Assembly: GCA_045116675.1 (NCBI GenBank)
Contig: JBGUMF010000017.1
Span: 9,322 to 73,321 of the forward strand
Direction: 5' to 3'
Origin: Bacteroidales bacterium
Lineage (GTDB): Bacteria; Bacteroidota; Bacteroidia; Bacteroidales; WCHB1-69
DNA length: 64,000 nt
The position numbers and the translations under genes are program-made. Under the pieces are notes generated by a model. It had not been told where the DNA came from. It did not search any database and worked only from the letters and a program-made list of their open reading frames with translations. Every line of letters begins with the position of its first letter. The stretch's first letter is position 1. Below are positions 15,941 through 24,827 of the stretch, piece by piece.

Positions 15941-16984
15941 ATGGTAAACAAGGACTTTTGCTTGAGTTCCTATATGGCATTTCGTTATATATGGAAAGAT
16001 GGCGTTGATTTTGTTGAAGGGTTTCAACACAAAAACTTTCAGCCTATTGCGGATAAAGACCGTATTCCCGTAAGGACATCAGAGGACATTGAGCGAGAGA
16101 TACAAAAACAGTTTGATGAGTTGTATGCCAAATACAGCAACATCGGCATTCTGTTGTCTGGTGGGATGGATAGCGCAAACTTGGCAGCCTATCTTAAACC
16201 TGGGAGTCATGCTTACACATTCAACTCCACATCCGGCGTCTTTGATGCTGATGTGGAACGTGCCAAAATATATTGTAAGAAATTCGATTTGAAGCATCAT
16301 CTGATTGATATAACCATGGAGGATTACAAAAAATATGCTCCTGTGGTGATGCATCATAAATTTGCCCCGGTCCATTCTATCGAGCCCCAGATTTACAAAG
16401 CTGCAGAGTTGGCTAAGAATGATGGTGTTCAATTGATGATTGTTGGCGAAAGCGCAGACCTGATTTTTGGAGGCATGGACAAACTTATCAGCCCTATATG
16501 GACTTTTGATGCGTTTGCGAAACGTTATACGTTCTTGGATCCTAAATTGGTTTTGGTCAATCCGATTGAACAGGTTGAACTGTTTGAGAAATATCGTGAG
16601 GGTGAAAATGGGATTGATGTGCTGAGGTTTATGGATGAAGTCTTTTCTATAGAGAGCAGCAGCTCTTATTTGAATGCTTTCGGTGCAGCTTGGATGCCTT
16701 ATTATGATCCGTATGCGAAACTGATTATGGCTGATCCCCTGGATATGGACAGGGTGCGCAACGGAGAGCCCAAATACCTTGTCCGTGGATTATATGCCAT
16801 CAAATATCCCGAATTGGAAATACCTTTCAAGATTCCTATGCCGCGCCCTGTGGACACCGTGTTCAAAAATTGGGCAGGCCCTACTCGTCCGGAGTTCAGA
16901 AAGGACATTGACATGGCTTCGCTCACAGGCAATCAAAAGTGGCAGTTGTGGTGTGCGGAGACCTTCCTGAATATGATACAATAA
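15941..16984 (+). CDS. Asparagine-synthase-like PP-loop adenylating enzyme lacking the glutaminase domain (paralog 2)
   Basis: The PP-loop is LLSGGMDSA. It is the same length (347 aa) and collinear with paralog 1, sharing motifs APVHSIEPQIY, FGGMD, RNGE.KY and PMPRPVD..FKNW.GP.RPEFRKDID. Confidence 0.75.
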   Translation: MVNKDFCLSSYMAFRYIWKDGVDFVEGFQHKNFQPIADKDRIPVRTSEDIEREIQKQFDELYAKYSNIGILLSGGMDSANLAAYLKPGSHAYTFNSTSGVFDADVERAKIYCKKFDLKHHLIDITMEDYKKYAPVVMHHKFAPVHSIEPQIYKAAELAKNDGVQLMIVGESADLIFGGMDKLISPIWTFDAFAKRYTFLDPKLVLVNPIEQVELFEKYREGENGIDVLRFMDEVFSIESSSSYLNAFGAAWMPYYDPYAKLIMADPLDMDRVRNGEPKYLVRGLYAIKYPELEIPFKIPMPRPVDTVFKNWAGPTRPEFRKDIDMASLTGNQKWQLWCAETFLNMIQ

Positions 16985-16988
16985 TTAT

Positions 16989-17810
16989 ATGAAAATGAAA
17001 GAACTCAGTACCGAGGAGTTGAAGCAGATAATGCTTGACGAGTTGATAGTGGTTGATGAATTCTGTCGTAAAAACGGAATAGAATATTTTCTTGAAGGAG
17101 GTACTGGTATAGGCGCAGTTAGACACAAGGGCTATATTCCTTGGGATGATGATATTGATATCGCCATGACGCGGCCGAACTATGAACGTTTTATTCACAC
17201 TTTTGGTGGATATTGTGCCCACTTAAATCTATATGCTCCTGAACTTGATGAAAATTTCTATGCAGCTTATGCCAATGTGTGTGATAACCGTACGGTTTTG
17301 TTTGAGAACCAATTTGACTACCGAGGCTATGATATTGGGGTGAAGATAGATGTTTTTCCTATTGATGGTTGCGAAGACGATATACGCGTGTGTAAAAGAT
17401 GGCACATTTTAGTTCGTATGTTGGATAATATTCTCTCCCGCCGTCACCGAAATATGCGTTATACATGGCGTACCAATAAATGGAATTATCTTACGTGCAC
17501 CATAGTTCGGTTGCTCACTTCGCCTATCAAATATCGAACATTTATGCGCTGGCTGTTACGCATTGTTAAGCGTTGTGATTATGAAAAGGCCAATTATGCC
17601 TATCATGCCTCTTTGCCGTACAAGAGCGTGACCCGTTGCCCAAAGTATGTGTGGGAAAATTATGTTGATGTTGAGTTTGAAGGACATTTGGTGCGAAATC
17701 TTCGCGAATATGACATTCACTTAAGTACTATTTTTGGTGACTATATGCGACTGCCACCAGAAGAACAACGCACCCCACACCATAACTTTATTGCTTATTG
17801 GAAAGACTGA
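16989..17810 (+). CDS. licD: LicD-family phosphotransferase
   Basis: FLEGGTGIGAVRHKGYIPWDDDIDIAM is the LicD nucleotidyltransferase-fold signature. Confidence 0.8.
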   Translation: MKMKELSTEELKQIMLDELIVVDEFCRKNGIEYFLEGGTGIGAVRHKGYIPWDDDIDIAMTRPNYERFIHTFGGYCAHLNLYAPELDENFYAAYANVCDNRTVLFENQFDYRGYDIGVKIDVFPIDGCEDDIRVCKRWHILVRMLDNILSRRHRNMRYTWRTNKWNYLTCTIVRLLTSPIKYRTFMRWLLRIVKRCDYEKANYAYHASLPYKSVTRCPKYVWENYVDVEFEGHLVRNLREYDIHLSTIFGDYMRLPPEEQRTPHHNFIAYWKD

Positions 17811-17812
17811 TT

Positions 17813-18973
17813 ATGAAAAAAATACTGCTTGTTTTTGGCACACGGCCAGAGGCCATTAAAATGTGCCCGTTGGTAAAAGAATTTCAGAAATATCCAGCTG
17901 AAATAGAAACAGTTGTATGCGTTACCGGTCAACATCGGGAAATGTTGGATCAGGTGCTGCATATTTTTGAAGTTGTGCCAGATTTTGATCTTAATATTAT
18001 GAAGCAAGGTCAAGATCTATATGATGTCACCTCTCGCGTTCTGACAGGAATGAGAGACATTTTACAAAAAGTCAAACCCGATGTCGTTTTGGTTCATGGT
18101 GATACCACAACTTCCATGGCAGCAGCTCTGGCATCGTTCTATCAGCAAATTCCGGTCGGACATGTGGAAGCTGGTCTTCGGACACACAATTTATATAGCC
18201 CTTGGCCCGAAGAATTGAATAGACAAGTCACAGGAAGAATTGCCAAGTTTAACTTTTCCCCGACGAAACTTAGCCATGATAACTTAATTGCTGAAAATGT
18301 TCCAGAGAATCATATTTACATTACAGGAAATACGGTCATTGATGCTTTGCATGTTGTTGTAAATAAGATTAAAAGCAGTTCTCAAGTTTCATCTGAATTA
18401 GCTCAAGTACTACTCAAATCGGGATACGACACCGAGAGATTATCCAATGGTAAAAAATTAGTTCTTATCACTGGACATCGTAGAGAGAACTTCGGCGAAG
18501 GCTTCATCAATATGTGTACTGCCATCAAGGATTTAACGAAAAAGTATCCGGAAGTCGATTTTGTTTATCCCATGCATCTGAATCCGAACGTGCGAAAGCC
18601 TATTCATGAGGTTTTTGGTAACGATCTGGGTCATCTTGACAATATGTTTTTCATCGAACCATTGGAATATTTGAGCTTTGTGTTCTTGATGGACAAGTCA
18701 TATCTTGTTTTAACGGACAGTGGTGGCATCCAGGAAGAGGCACCGGGATTAGGAAAACCCGTACTTGTTATGCGTGACACTACAGAACGCCCAGAAGCCG
18801 TTGAAGCTGGGACGGTGAAATTAGTGGGAACTGATTATTCTTTAATCGTAAGTGAAACAACACGATTACTTGATGATTCCAAATATTACAATAGTATGTC
18901 ACAGGCCGTTAATCCTTATGGGGATGGTCATGCTTGTGAAAGAATAGTGAATATTTTAAAACAAACGCTATGA
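17813..18973 (+). CDS. wecB: UDP-N-acetylglucosamine 2-epimerase (non-hydrolysing)
   Basis: Motifs include KILLVFGTRPEAIKMCPL, VLVHGDTTT and LTDSGGIQEEAPGLGKPVLVMRDTTERPE. The listed TTG at 17798 overlaps licD, so I use the ATG at 17813. Confidence 0.92.
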   Translation: MKKILLVFGTRPEAIKMCPLVKEFQKYPAEIETVVCVTGQHREMLDQVLHIFEVVPDFDLNIMKQGQDLYDVTSRVLTGMRDILQKVKPDVVLVHGDTTTSMAAALASFYQQIPVGHVEAGLRTHNLYSPWPEELNRQVTGRIAKFNFSPTKLSHDNLIAENVPENHIYITGNTVIDALHVVVNKIKSSSQVSSELAQVLLKSGYDTERLSNGKKLVLITGHRRENFGEGFINMCTAIKDLTKKYPEVDFVYPMHLNPNVRKPIHEVFGNDLGHLDNMFFIEPLEYLSFVFLMDKSYLVLTDSGGIQEEAPGLGKPVLVMRDTTERPEAVEAGTVKLVGTDYSLIVSETTRLLDDSKYYNSMSQAVNPYGDGHACERIVNILKQTL

Positions 18974-19692
18974 TTCCCAAAATCATCCATTATTGTTGGT
19001 TCGGAGGAAATCCATTGCCGGAATTGGCCATTAAATGTATAGAAAGTTGGAAAAAGTTCTGTCCAGACTATGAAATCATGGAATGGAATGAGGAGAACTT
19101 TGATTTGCATTATAATGACTACGTTTGGGAGGCCTATCAGGCAAGGAAATGGGCTTTCATTACAGATGTTGTCAGATTGTATGCACTGACACAATATGGT
19201 GGGGTTTATATGGATACCGATGTGGAAGTGATTAAGCCATTAGACCCATATCTTGATCATGTGGCTTTTAGTGGTTATGAAAATGAACATGAAATACCCA
19301 CAGGTATCATGGCTAGTGAAAAAGGAGGGAAATGGGCGATGGACAACCTGCATTATTATGACAACAAACATTTTCTTAATCAAGACGGATCTTTTGATAT
19401 GACAACAAATGTTGTTACTCTTACGAATTATATGCTTCCTCTTGGTTTGAAACAAAATAACACATATCAGGATTTTCCCGGATTAATAACCTTCTATCCC
19501 AAAGATTTTTTCTGCCCAAAATCATATTTGGATGGTAAGATTTATCTGACAGAAAACACGGTCACAATTCATCATTTTGCGGGCAGTTGGCGCTCCACAT
19601 CAAGCAAGATCAAGCATAAGGTTATGAAATTATTGGGACCAAGAATTTGTGGATGGTGGGAGAGTATGAAACAAGCTGTTAGAAGCAAGTAG
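18970..19692 (+). CDS. Glycosyltransferase family 32 (DXD sugar-binding region)
   Basis: It has PKIIHYCWFGG and YGGVYMDTDVEV (DXD). It has an ATGA overlap with wecB. Confidence 0.78.
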   Translation: MIPKIIHYCWFGGNPLPELAIKCIESWKKFCPDYEIMEWNEENFDLHYNDYVWEAYQARKWAFITDVVRLYALTQYGGVYMDTDVEVIKPLDPYLDHVAFSGYENEHEIPTGIMASEKGGKWAMDNLHYYDNKHFLNQDGSFDMTTNVVTLTNYMLPLGLKQNNTYQDFPGLITFYPKDFFCPKSYLDGKIYLTENTVTIHHFAGSWRSTSSKIKHKVMKLLGPRICGWWESMKQAVRSK

Positions 19693-19694
19693 GG

Positions 19695-20597
19695 CTATTT
19701 CCCCACCAACCCCTTTGTCACGTTCCATCTGAACTGAATCAGTTTCCAGCCTCTCTTTGGGTGGCCCGTCAGCGTGTGGCCGATGCACAATACGATGGAG
19801 GCGGCCCATTTCACCATCTCTGAAACAATCCGTTTCAGATACTTTCCTTTCCCGATATTTAAAGTACGCATCCGCTCGCTCTTCCCGATGGAATAGGTCA
19901 GGCGGTCGAAGTAATCCTTGCTCAGTTTTTTTTCGGGGATAAGATGGTATAGGATGGCGGTAGGCAGGTAGTAGAAACGCATTCCCAGCGTGGTCATCTT
20001 GTCGAAAATGTCCTTCTCTTCGGCGCCCACCAAACTGTCGCCCTTCCGTCCCAATTCCACGTTGAACAGCCCCACTTTCTCAAACACAGAAGCGCGATAG
20101 GCTGCGTTTCCCCCTCCAGGATAGTCATTCTGGGGAAACTCTTTCGGTTTGTCTCCAAGGTATTTATAACCTGTGATCAGCGCTTTGGTGAAATGCGACA
20201 TCCAATCGGGCTCTGCCGTTTCATATTGCGGGATAATCGGGCCACCTGCGGCATCTATTTCCGGATGCTGCTCGAAGAAATCTGCAAATGTTTGCAGATA
20301 CTCTTTATTGACCAACGCATCGTCATCCACATACACCAAAATATCCCCCTTACTTTCTCTTATTCCGCAGTTGCGGGCATGGGAAAGACCTTGGTTGGTC
20401 TCTACAAAGTAGCGGAATACCACATCCGGATAGTCTTGCATAAAGCGGTCGCACTCGCTGCGGGTGTTGTCGGTGCAGTTGTTGTCCACCAATACAATCT
20501 CATAGCGGTCGTGCGACAAAGTGTTGTCGGCCAGACTTTTCAGTACATTATAGATGTACTTGTCGCGGTTATAGGTGCAGATGATGACGGAGAGCAT
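19695..20597 (-). CDS. Glycosyltransferase family 2
   Basis: It has LSVIICTYNRDKYI and VYVDDDALV (DxD). It is convergent with the capsule operon end, with a 2-nt gap between the stops. Confidence 0.85.
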   Translation of the reverse strand: MLSVIICTYNRDKYIYNVLKSLADNTLSHDRYEIVLVDNNCTDNTRSECDRFMQDYPDVVFRYFVETNQGLSHARNCGIRESKGDILVYVDDDALVNKEYLQTFADFFEQHPEIDAAGGPIIPQYETAEPDWMSHFTKALITGYKYLGDKPKEFPQNDYPGGGNAAYRASVFEKVGLFNVELGRKGDSLVGAEEKDIFDKMTTLGMRFYYLPTAILYHLIPEKKLSKDYFDRLTYSIGKSERMRTLNIGKGKYLKRIVSEMVKWAASIVLCIGHTLTGHPKRGWKLIQFRWNVTKGLVGK

Positions 20598-20611
20598 AAT
20601 GATAACGATTA

Positions 20612-23101
20612 TTAGTTTTTGTTATCTGCAACCACTTCTTTTTTCCCTTTCCGATAATACACCACCAAACTTCCCGCCACGGCCAGCACGAACAGGATAG
20701 AAATTATCAGGGAAATCTTATCCAGCTTGTGCATCAGCGGGGCTTCGTTCTTGAATTCAATCTTGTGCTCGCCGGCGGGGATGACCATCGCTCTCAAAAT
20801 GTAGTTGGCGCGGAAATATTCTGCGGGTTTTCCATCAATATAGGCGCGCCAGTCGGGAGCGTAATAAACTTCGGAGAAGACGGCCAACTGGTCTTTGGAT
20901 GTCTTGGTCTTATATACCACATAATCCGGGTTATAGGGCTTCTGATGCTCCATAACTATTACAGAGTTGCTGTCGCGCTCCAGGTTTTTGCCCTGCACCA
21001 TGTCGGCAAAACGCTTGTCGATGATGGCGGTGTCAGCCGGATTCAACTCGTTCAGTGCCAGAATCTCCGCATTGGGATCCTCCACTAACTGGTAGGCATC
21101 CACAAACCAAGCATTCCCCAAGGCTTCGGGGTTGCGTTGTACCATCGGTTGGCCATCCTGTCCGGAAACAACCACATAGCGGGTGTTCAGCATGTTCAGC
21201 ACGTTGGTGTTGATATGACGGGAGAGATAGAAGTCGATAAGGTCTTGATAACGGCGCAATTTGGCTGCGCTGTAACCGCCAATCTGATGGTGGAATGCAG
21301 ATGGGTAGGAGTCGTTGAAGGTGTTGACCGACAGGTCGAAGACACGGTAATCCTCGTCGTTGAACTGCGCGGCATATTGATCCAATGTTTGGTCGGTCTG
21401 GGAAGGTCTCAGTTTGGTGCGTTTTTCAGTGATGAAATTGGATTCGTTGAGGTAACGGCGGTCCACGCCCCAAAGGTCGAACAGCACCAGACAGGCAAGC
21501 ACGCCGATAATGATGCCGGATTGTTTAATTTTCTGGTTGATATAGAGCCACAAGAAGAGGGCGGAAATCAGAATCAGGATCAGCGAGCGCCAGGAGTCGG
21601 ACATGAAGAGTGCTTTGCGGTCCTTAACCAGCACATCCTGAATCATATCCCACTGGTTGCCATATTGCGCGGCCATCTGCACATCGCTGACACCCGAGAA
21701 GGAGAAACTGCCGGAGAAGACCATCATCAGCAGGATGAAACCGGCGGTGATGCCCGTAGAGATATACAAGCCAAGGTTCAGTTTTTTCTTGTCAACGGAG
21801 TTCTCCTTGTCAAAGATGGCTTTCAACGCCAGCATCGCCATTATAACCATCGTGACATTCGCTATCACGAGACTCATGGAAGGGGTGCGGAATTTGTTGT
21901 AGAGTGGCAGATGATAGAACAGGAAACTGTTGAATCCCATCAAGTTTTTACCCCACGACATGAGGATGGCCAAAATTGTAGCCAAAAGGATCCACCAGCG
22001 CTCAGGACCTTTCACCACGAAGAGGCCCAATACGAACAGGAAGATGATGATGGCACCGAAATAGACTGGGCCGGAAGTGAAGGGTTGGTCGCCCCAGTAG
22101 AGCGGAGCCTGTTTCTGACGGAAGTTCTTGTAGAATTCGGAATCGGTGCCGACTGTTTCTCCAGAACCGCCGCCGTATGCGCCCGGCACGAGCAGTGTAT
22201 AAGTCTCACCTTTGCCGTAACTCCAGCTGTAGGCGTAATCAATGTCCAGACCGTTAGAGGCGGCAATGGATTTGGGCTCGCCATCTTTGTACAGGTCTTC
22301 GGGGGTTACGGTGATTTCGGAACCGCCGCGCATGGTGTATTTCACATATTCCTGGTTGATGAACAGCAGACGGGCGTTGGCTCCAATGGCGAAACCGATT
22401 CCGATCAGCATGATACCGACACCTATTAGTAGTGGCTTGAATGATTTGTCTTTGATGGCATACACCAGATATACAAGCCCTAGAATAAGTCCCATAATCA
22501 TGGTGTAATATGTGATCTGGATGTGGTTGCAGGAGATTTGGATACCCAACGCAAGGGCAAAGAGAATTCCTCCCCACAAATATTTCTTCCGCTGCAATAT
22601 CAGCAGCATGCCACCGATGATGGGTGCCATCATGGCCATGGCGTATGCCTTGGTGATGTGCCCCGCCTCAATAATGATAATGTTGTAACTGCCTAACCCA
22701 AAGGCTAATGCCCCTAACAAACTCAGCCATGGTGACATGCCAAGAGCCAGTAAAGCCACATAAAAACCTATGAGATAGAGGAAAATGACACCGATGTTTC
22801 GTCCAAAACCCAAGTAATACAGATTCAGAACACTTTGGATTTTATTGAAAACAGATTTTAATGGGGAGGATGTCACCTGATACGACGGCATCCCGCTGAA
22901 CATGGAGCTGGTCCAGGTGGTGTATTCGCCTGTTTTTTCATGATAATCCACTTGTTCTTTAGCCATGGCCTGCCATTTCAGGGTATCGCCCTGCTGGATG
23001 ACTTTCCCATCGAAAGCTGGGGACATGTAGATGGCGGCAATCAGGAAAAAGAATAGGACAATGCCACCATGGATTAGGGTTTTCTTAAGAATCGGTTTCA
23101 T
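20612..23101 (-). CDS. YfhO-family polytopic membrane glycosyltransferase-like protein
   Basis: The 829-aa protein has many TM helices in its N-terminal two-thirds, a soluble C-terminal domain and a terminal TM helix. The N-terminus (SPAFDGKVIQQGDTLKWQAM) is typical of Bacteroidetes YfhO proteins. Confidence 0.7.
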   Translation of the reverse strand: MKPILKKTLIHGGIVLFFFLIAAIYMSPAFDGKVIQQGDTLKWQAMAKEQVDYHEKTGEYTTWTSSMFSGMPSYQVTSSPLKSVFNKIQSVLNLYYLGFGRNIGVIFLYLIGFYVALLALGMSPWLSLLGALAFGLGSYNIIIIEAGHITKAYAMAMMAPIIGGMLLILQRKKYLWGGILFALALGIQISCNHIQITYYTMIMGLILGLVYLVYAIKDKSFKPLLIGVGIMLIGIGFAIGANARLLFINQEYVKYTMRGGSEITVTPEDLYKDGEPKSIAASNGLDIDYAYSWSYGKGETYTLLVPGAYGGGSGETVGTDSEFYKNFRQKQAPLYWGDQPFTSGPVYFGAIIIFLFVLGLFVVKGPERWWILLATILAILMSWGKNLMGFNSFLFYHLPLYNKFRTPSMSLVIANVTMVIMAMLALKAIFDKENSVDKKKLNLGLYISTGITAGFILLMMVFSGSFSFSGVSDVQMAAQYGNQWDMIQDVLVKDRKALFMSDSWRSLILILISALFLWLYINQKIKQSGIIIGVLACLVLFDLWGVDRRYLNESNFITEKRTKLRPSQTDQTLDQYAAQFNDEDYRVFDLSVNTFNDSYPSAFHHQIGGYSAAKLRRYQDLIDFYLSRHINTNVLNMLNTRYVVVSGQDGQPMVQRNPEALGNAWFVDAYQLVEDPNAEILALNELNPADTAIIDKRFADMVQGKNLERDSNSVIVMEHQKPYNPDYVVYKTKTSKDQLAVFSEVYYAPDWRAYIDGKPAEYFRANYILRAMVIPAGEHKIEFKNEAPLMHKLDKISLIISILFVLAVAGSLVVYYRKGKKEVVADNKN

Positions 23102-23135
23102 ATTTCAGTTGTTTTTATTTTAAATTTTAAGGCTG

Positions 23136-23143
23136 CAAAAGTA
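23136..23143 (-). promoter_or_regulatory. -7 promoter motif (TACTTTTG on the minus strand) for the yfhO-GT2 operon
   Basis: The plus strand reads CAAAAGTA, 35 nt upstream of the ATG at 23101. Confidence 0.5.
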
Positions 23144-23171
23144 CGAAAAATAACGCGCAATTTCTCAATTC

Positions 23172-24119
23172 TTATACAGTTTCACCACTTAGTCGCGCCA
23201 ACCGCTCACACACCATCTGCCAATAAGCCTCTTGGTAGTCCTTTGGAAGAAAAGATTGTTGTATGTTGTATAACCATCCCGGTACCTTTTGATGGAATTT
23301 ACGGAAAATATTGGAGATGACCTTGTCGGGGATGTCCGCCTTTTGCATCGCTTGGACAAAATCTGCTGTTTTGATTTTCCTTTTCCGGGCATTGAGCGTA
23401 AGTGCCAATTCTTCTTTGTCTTTTGGGTTTACCAACGCTGCATTCAGCAAATCGTAAGCTGGGGTCAAGCGGAAGCCGTCCCCACTGGGATCGTATAAAG
23501 CGAAGTTTTTCAGGTGCATGTCGTTGTTGCCTGTCAACCAGCAAAAAACCAGCAGTTCGTAATAGCGCGTCAGGTCCATCTCAGGTAGGGAGGAGTACTC
23601 GCGAATTACTTTTGCCACCTGCTCGTAAGAGCTTTTGTATTTGTACTCTGTCATGCGTCCCGACAGTTGGCAAAGGTCTTCCATGGCGATTTTCTCGCCT
23701 GAGGTCATACGGTCGATGCGTCGGGTGATGTAGCTGAGTTCTCCATCTTTCATACGGATGAGGGAATGTGGAACGGTCTGAATTCCGAATTGATCCGCCA
23801 AACACATTGTAAGCTGCTCTACTTCGGGTAGATAGGGGAACATATCTGTCTGGGGTTTGAGGATGAAACCACCCCAATGACCCACAATGGTCAGACGGCT
23901 GCAGCCTTTGTGCTCGTTGAGGTGCAGCGATATTTTGGGCTGGACACCTGTCAAAGTGGTTTGAGTCTGAATGAGCTCTGCGGCCAAAGAGTCCATATCG
24001 GCTCGCGTATAGTCAAAAGTCGGGGCAGGGGAGACACCGAAAAATTTTTTTGCACAGGCCGCATGAAAATCCTGTTCCCCGGAATTCAGTTCTTTATTGC
24101 AATACAGACATTTACTCAT
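23172..24119 (-). CDS. hipT: HipT-type HipA-family kinase toxin with an N-terminal Zn-ribbon
   Basis: It has the Gly-rich loop LTGVQPK, the catalytic motif LTGNNDMHLKNFAL, TPAYDLLN, and an N-terminal CLYC...HAAC. I chose the ATG at 24119 because the listed 24143 is a GTG. Confidence 0.85.
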   Translation of the reverse strand: MSKCLYCNKELNSGEQDFHAACAKKFFGVSPAPTFDYTRADMDSLAAELIQTQTTLTGVQPKISLHLNEHKGCSRLTIVGHWGGFILKPQTDMFPYLPEVEQLTMCLADQFGIQTVPHSLIRMKDGELSYITRRIDRMTSGEKIAMEDLCQLSGRMTEYKYKSSYEQVAKVIREYSSLPEMDLTRYYELLVFCWLTGNNDMHLKNFALYDPSGDGFRLTPAYDLLNAALVNPKDKEELALTLNARKRKIKTADFVQAMQKADIPDKVISNIFRKFHQKVPGWLYNIQQSFLPKDYQEAYWQMVCERLARLSGETV

Positions 24120-24441
24120 TTTCTTCTGGAATTTCAACAACACTTAAAGCACCGATGCAGTCCTTGCAGCAGAGCAACAGCAGCGACATCCTGTCCAGTC
24201 TGCTGATGTCGGTGTTGCGCAAGGCCACATCCAGCAACCAGCCTTCTGGAATCAATCCGTCAAATGCCGGAAACAGGGTCGGACTCCCGTATGCGAGATT
24301 GGATAAGGGCATGGTCAAACTGACTGGTTGAGGATTGTCAGATGACAAATATTCTGGCAGATACTCGAAGCGGTACCCCGTGTCAGTCTCGGTTAAAACA
24401 CCGGCCAATTGGTTTTTATAGAAAAAGTTAGCTCTGCGCAT
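24112..24441 (-). CDS. hipS: HipS-type protein (HipA N-terminal subdomain)
   Basis: LAGVLTETDTGYRFEYL...PVSLTMPL...LFPAFDGLIPEGW is the HipA N-terminal pattern. It overlaps hipT by 8 nt and hipB by 14 nt. Confidence 0.8.
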   Translation of the reverse strand: MRRANFFYKNQLAGVLTETDTGYRFEYLPEYLSSDNPQPVSLTMPLSNLAYGSPTLFPAFDGLIPEGWLLDVALRNTDISRLDRMSLLLLCCKDCIGALSVVEIPEENE

Positions 24442-24640
24442 GTTCTCTTCTTTGGGGTACTAGTTCATAATCAAACAGGTTAAGGACCTTGTTCACCATA
24501 TCCATCCTTTGTGATGTTTTGCCTTGTTCCAATTCTCGAATGAAAAAAAGACTTACCCCTGACCGATATGCCAAATCCTCTTGAGTGAGCCCGTGTTTTT
24601 TGCGCAATTCTTTAACGCATAATGACAAACGTGTTTTCAT
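24428..24640 (-). CDS. hipB: XRE-family HTH protein (HipB-like)
   Basis: LRKKHGLTQEDLAYRSGVSLFFIRELEQGK is an HTH_3 motif. The listed TTG at 24664 lies in the promoter motif, so I use the ATG at 24640. Confidence 0.8.
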   Translation of the reverse strand: MKTRLSLCVKELRKKHGLTQEDLAYRSGVSLFFIRELEQGKTSQRMDMVNKVLNLFDYELVPQRREHAQS

Positions 24641-24661
24641 AAAACTATATGATTTCGTCTG

Positions 24662-24669
24662 CAAAAATA
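24662..24669 (-). promoter_or_regulatory. -7 promoter motif (TATTTTTG on the minus strand) for hipBST
   Basis: The plus strand reads CAAAAATA, 22 nt upstream of the ATG at 24640. Confidence 0.55.
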
Positions 24670-24798
24670 CACTTTTTTTTAAATATTATATGGAATCTCA
24701 TATATTTTTTGTCTGGAATAAAAAAATATATGTTTTTTCATATAATATAACATCTGACAAAATGTTATTAATTCCTACGTATGGCTTGAAAAAATCAT

Positions 24799-24806
24799 TA
24801 TCTTTG
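24799..24806 (+). promoter_or_regulatory. -7 promoter motif TATCTTTG for the GT4 gene
   Basis: It lies 22 nt upstream of the ATG at 24828. Confidence 0.55.
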
Positions 24807-24827
24807 CACTTCCAAACCAACCACCCT

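Noticed and set aside
21137-22429. 430-aa + strand ORF inside yfhO
   Set aside because: It is antisense to a polytopic membrane protein gene, and its product is not protein-like.
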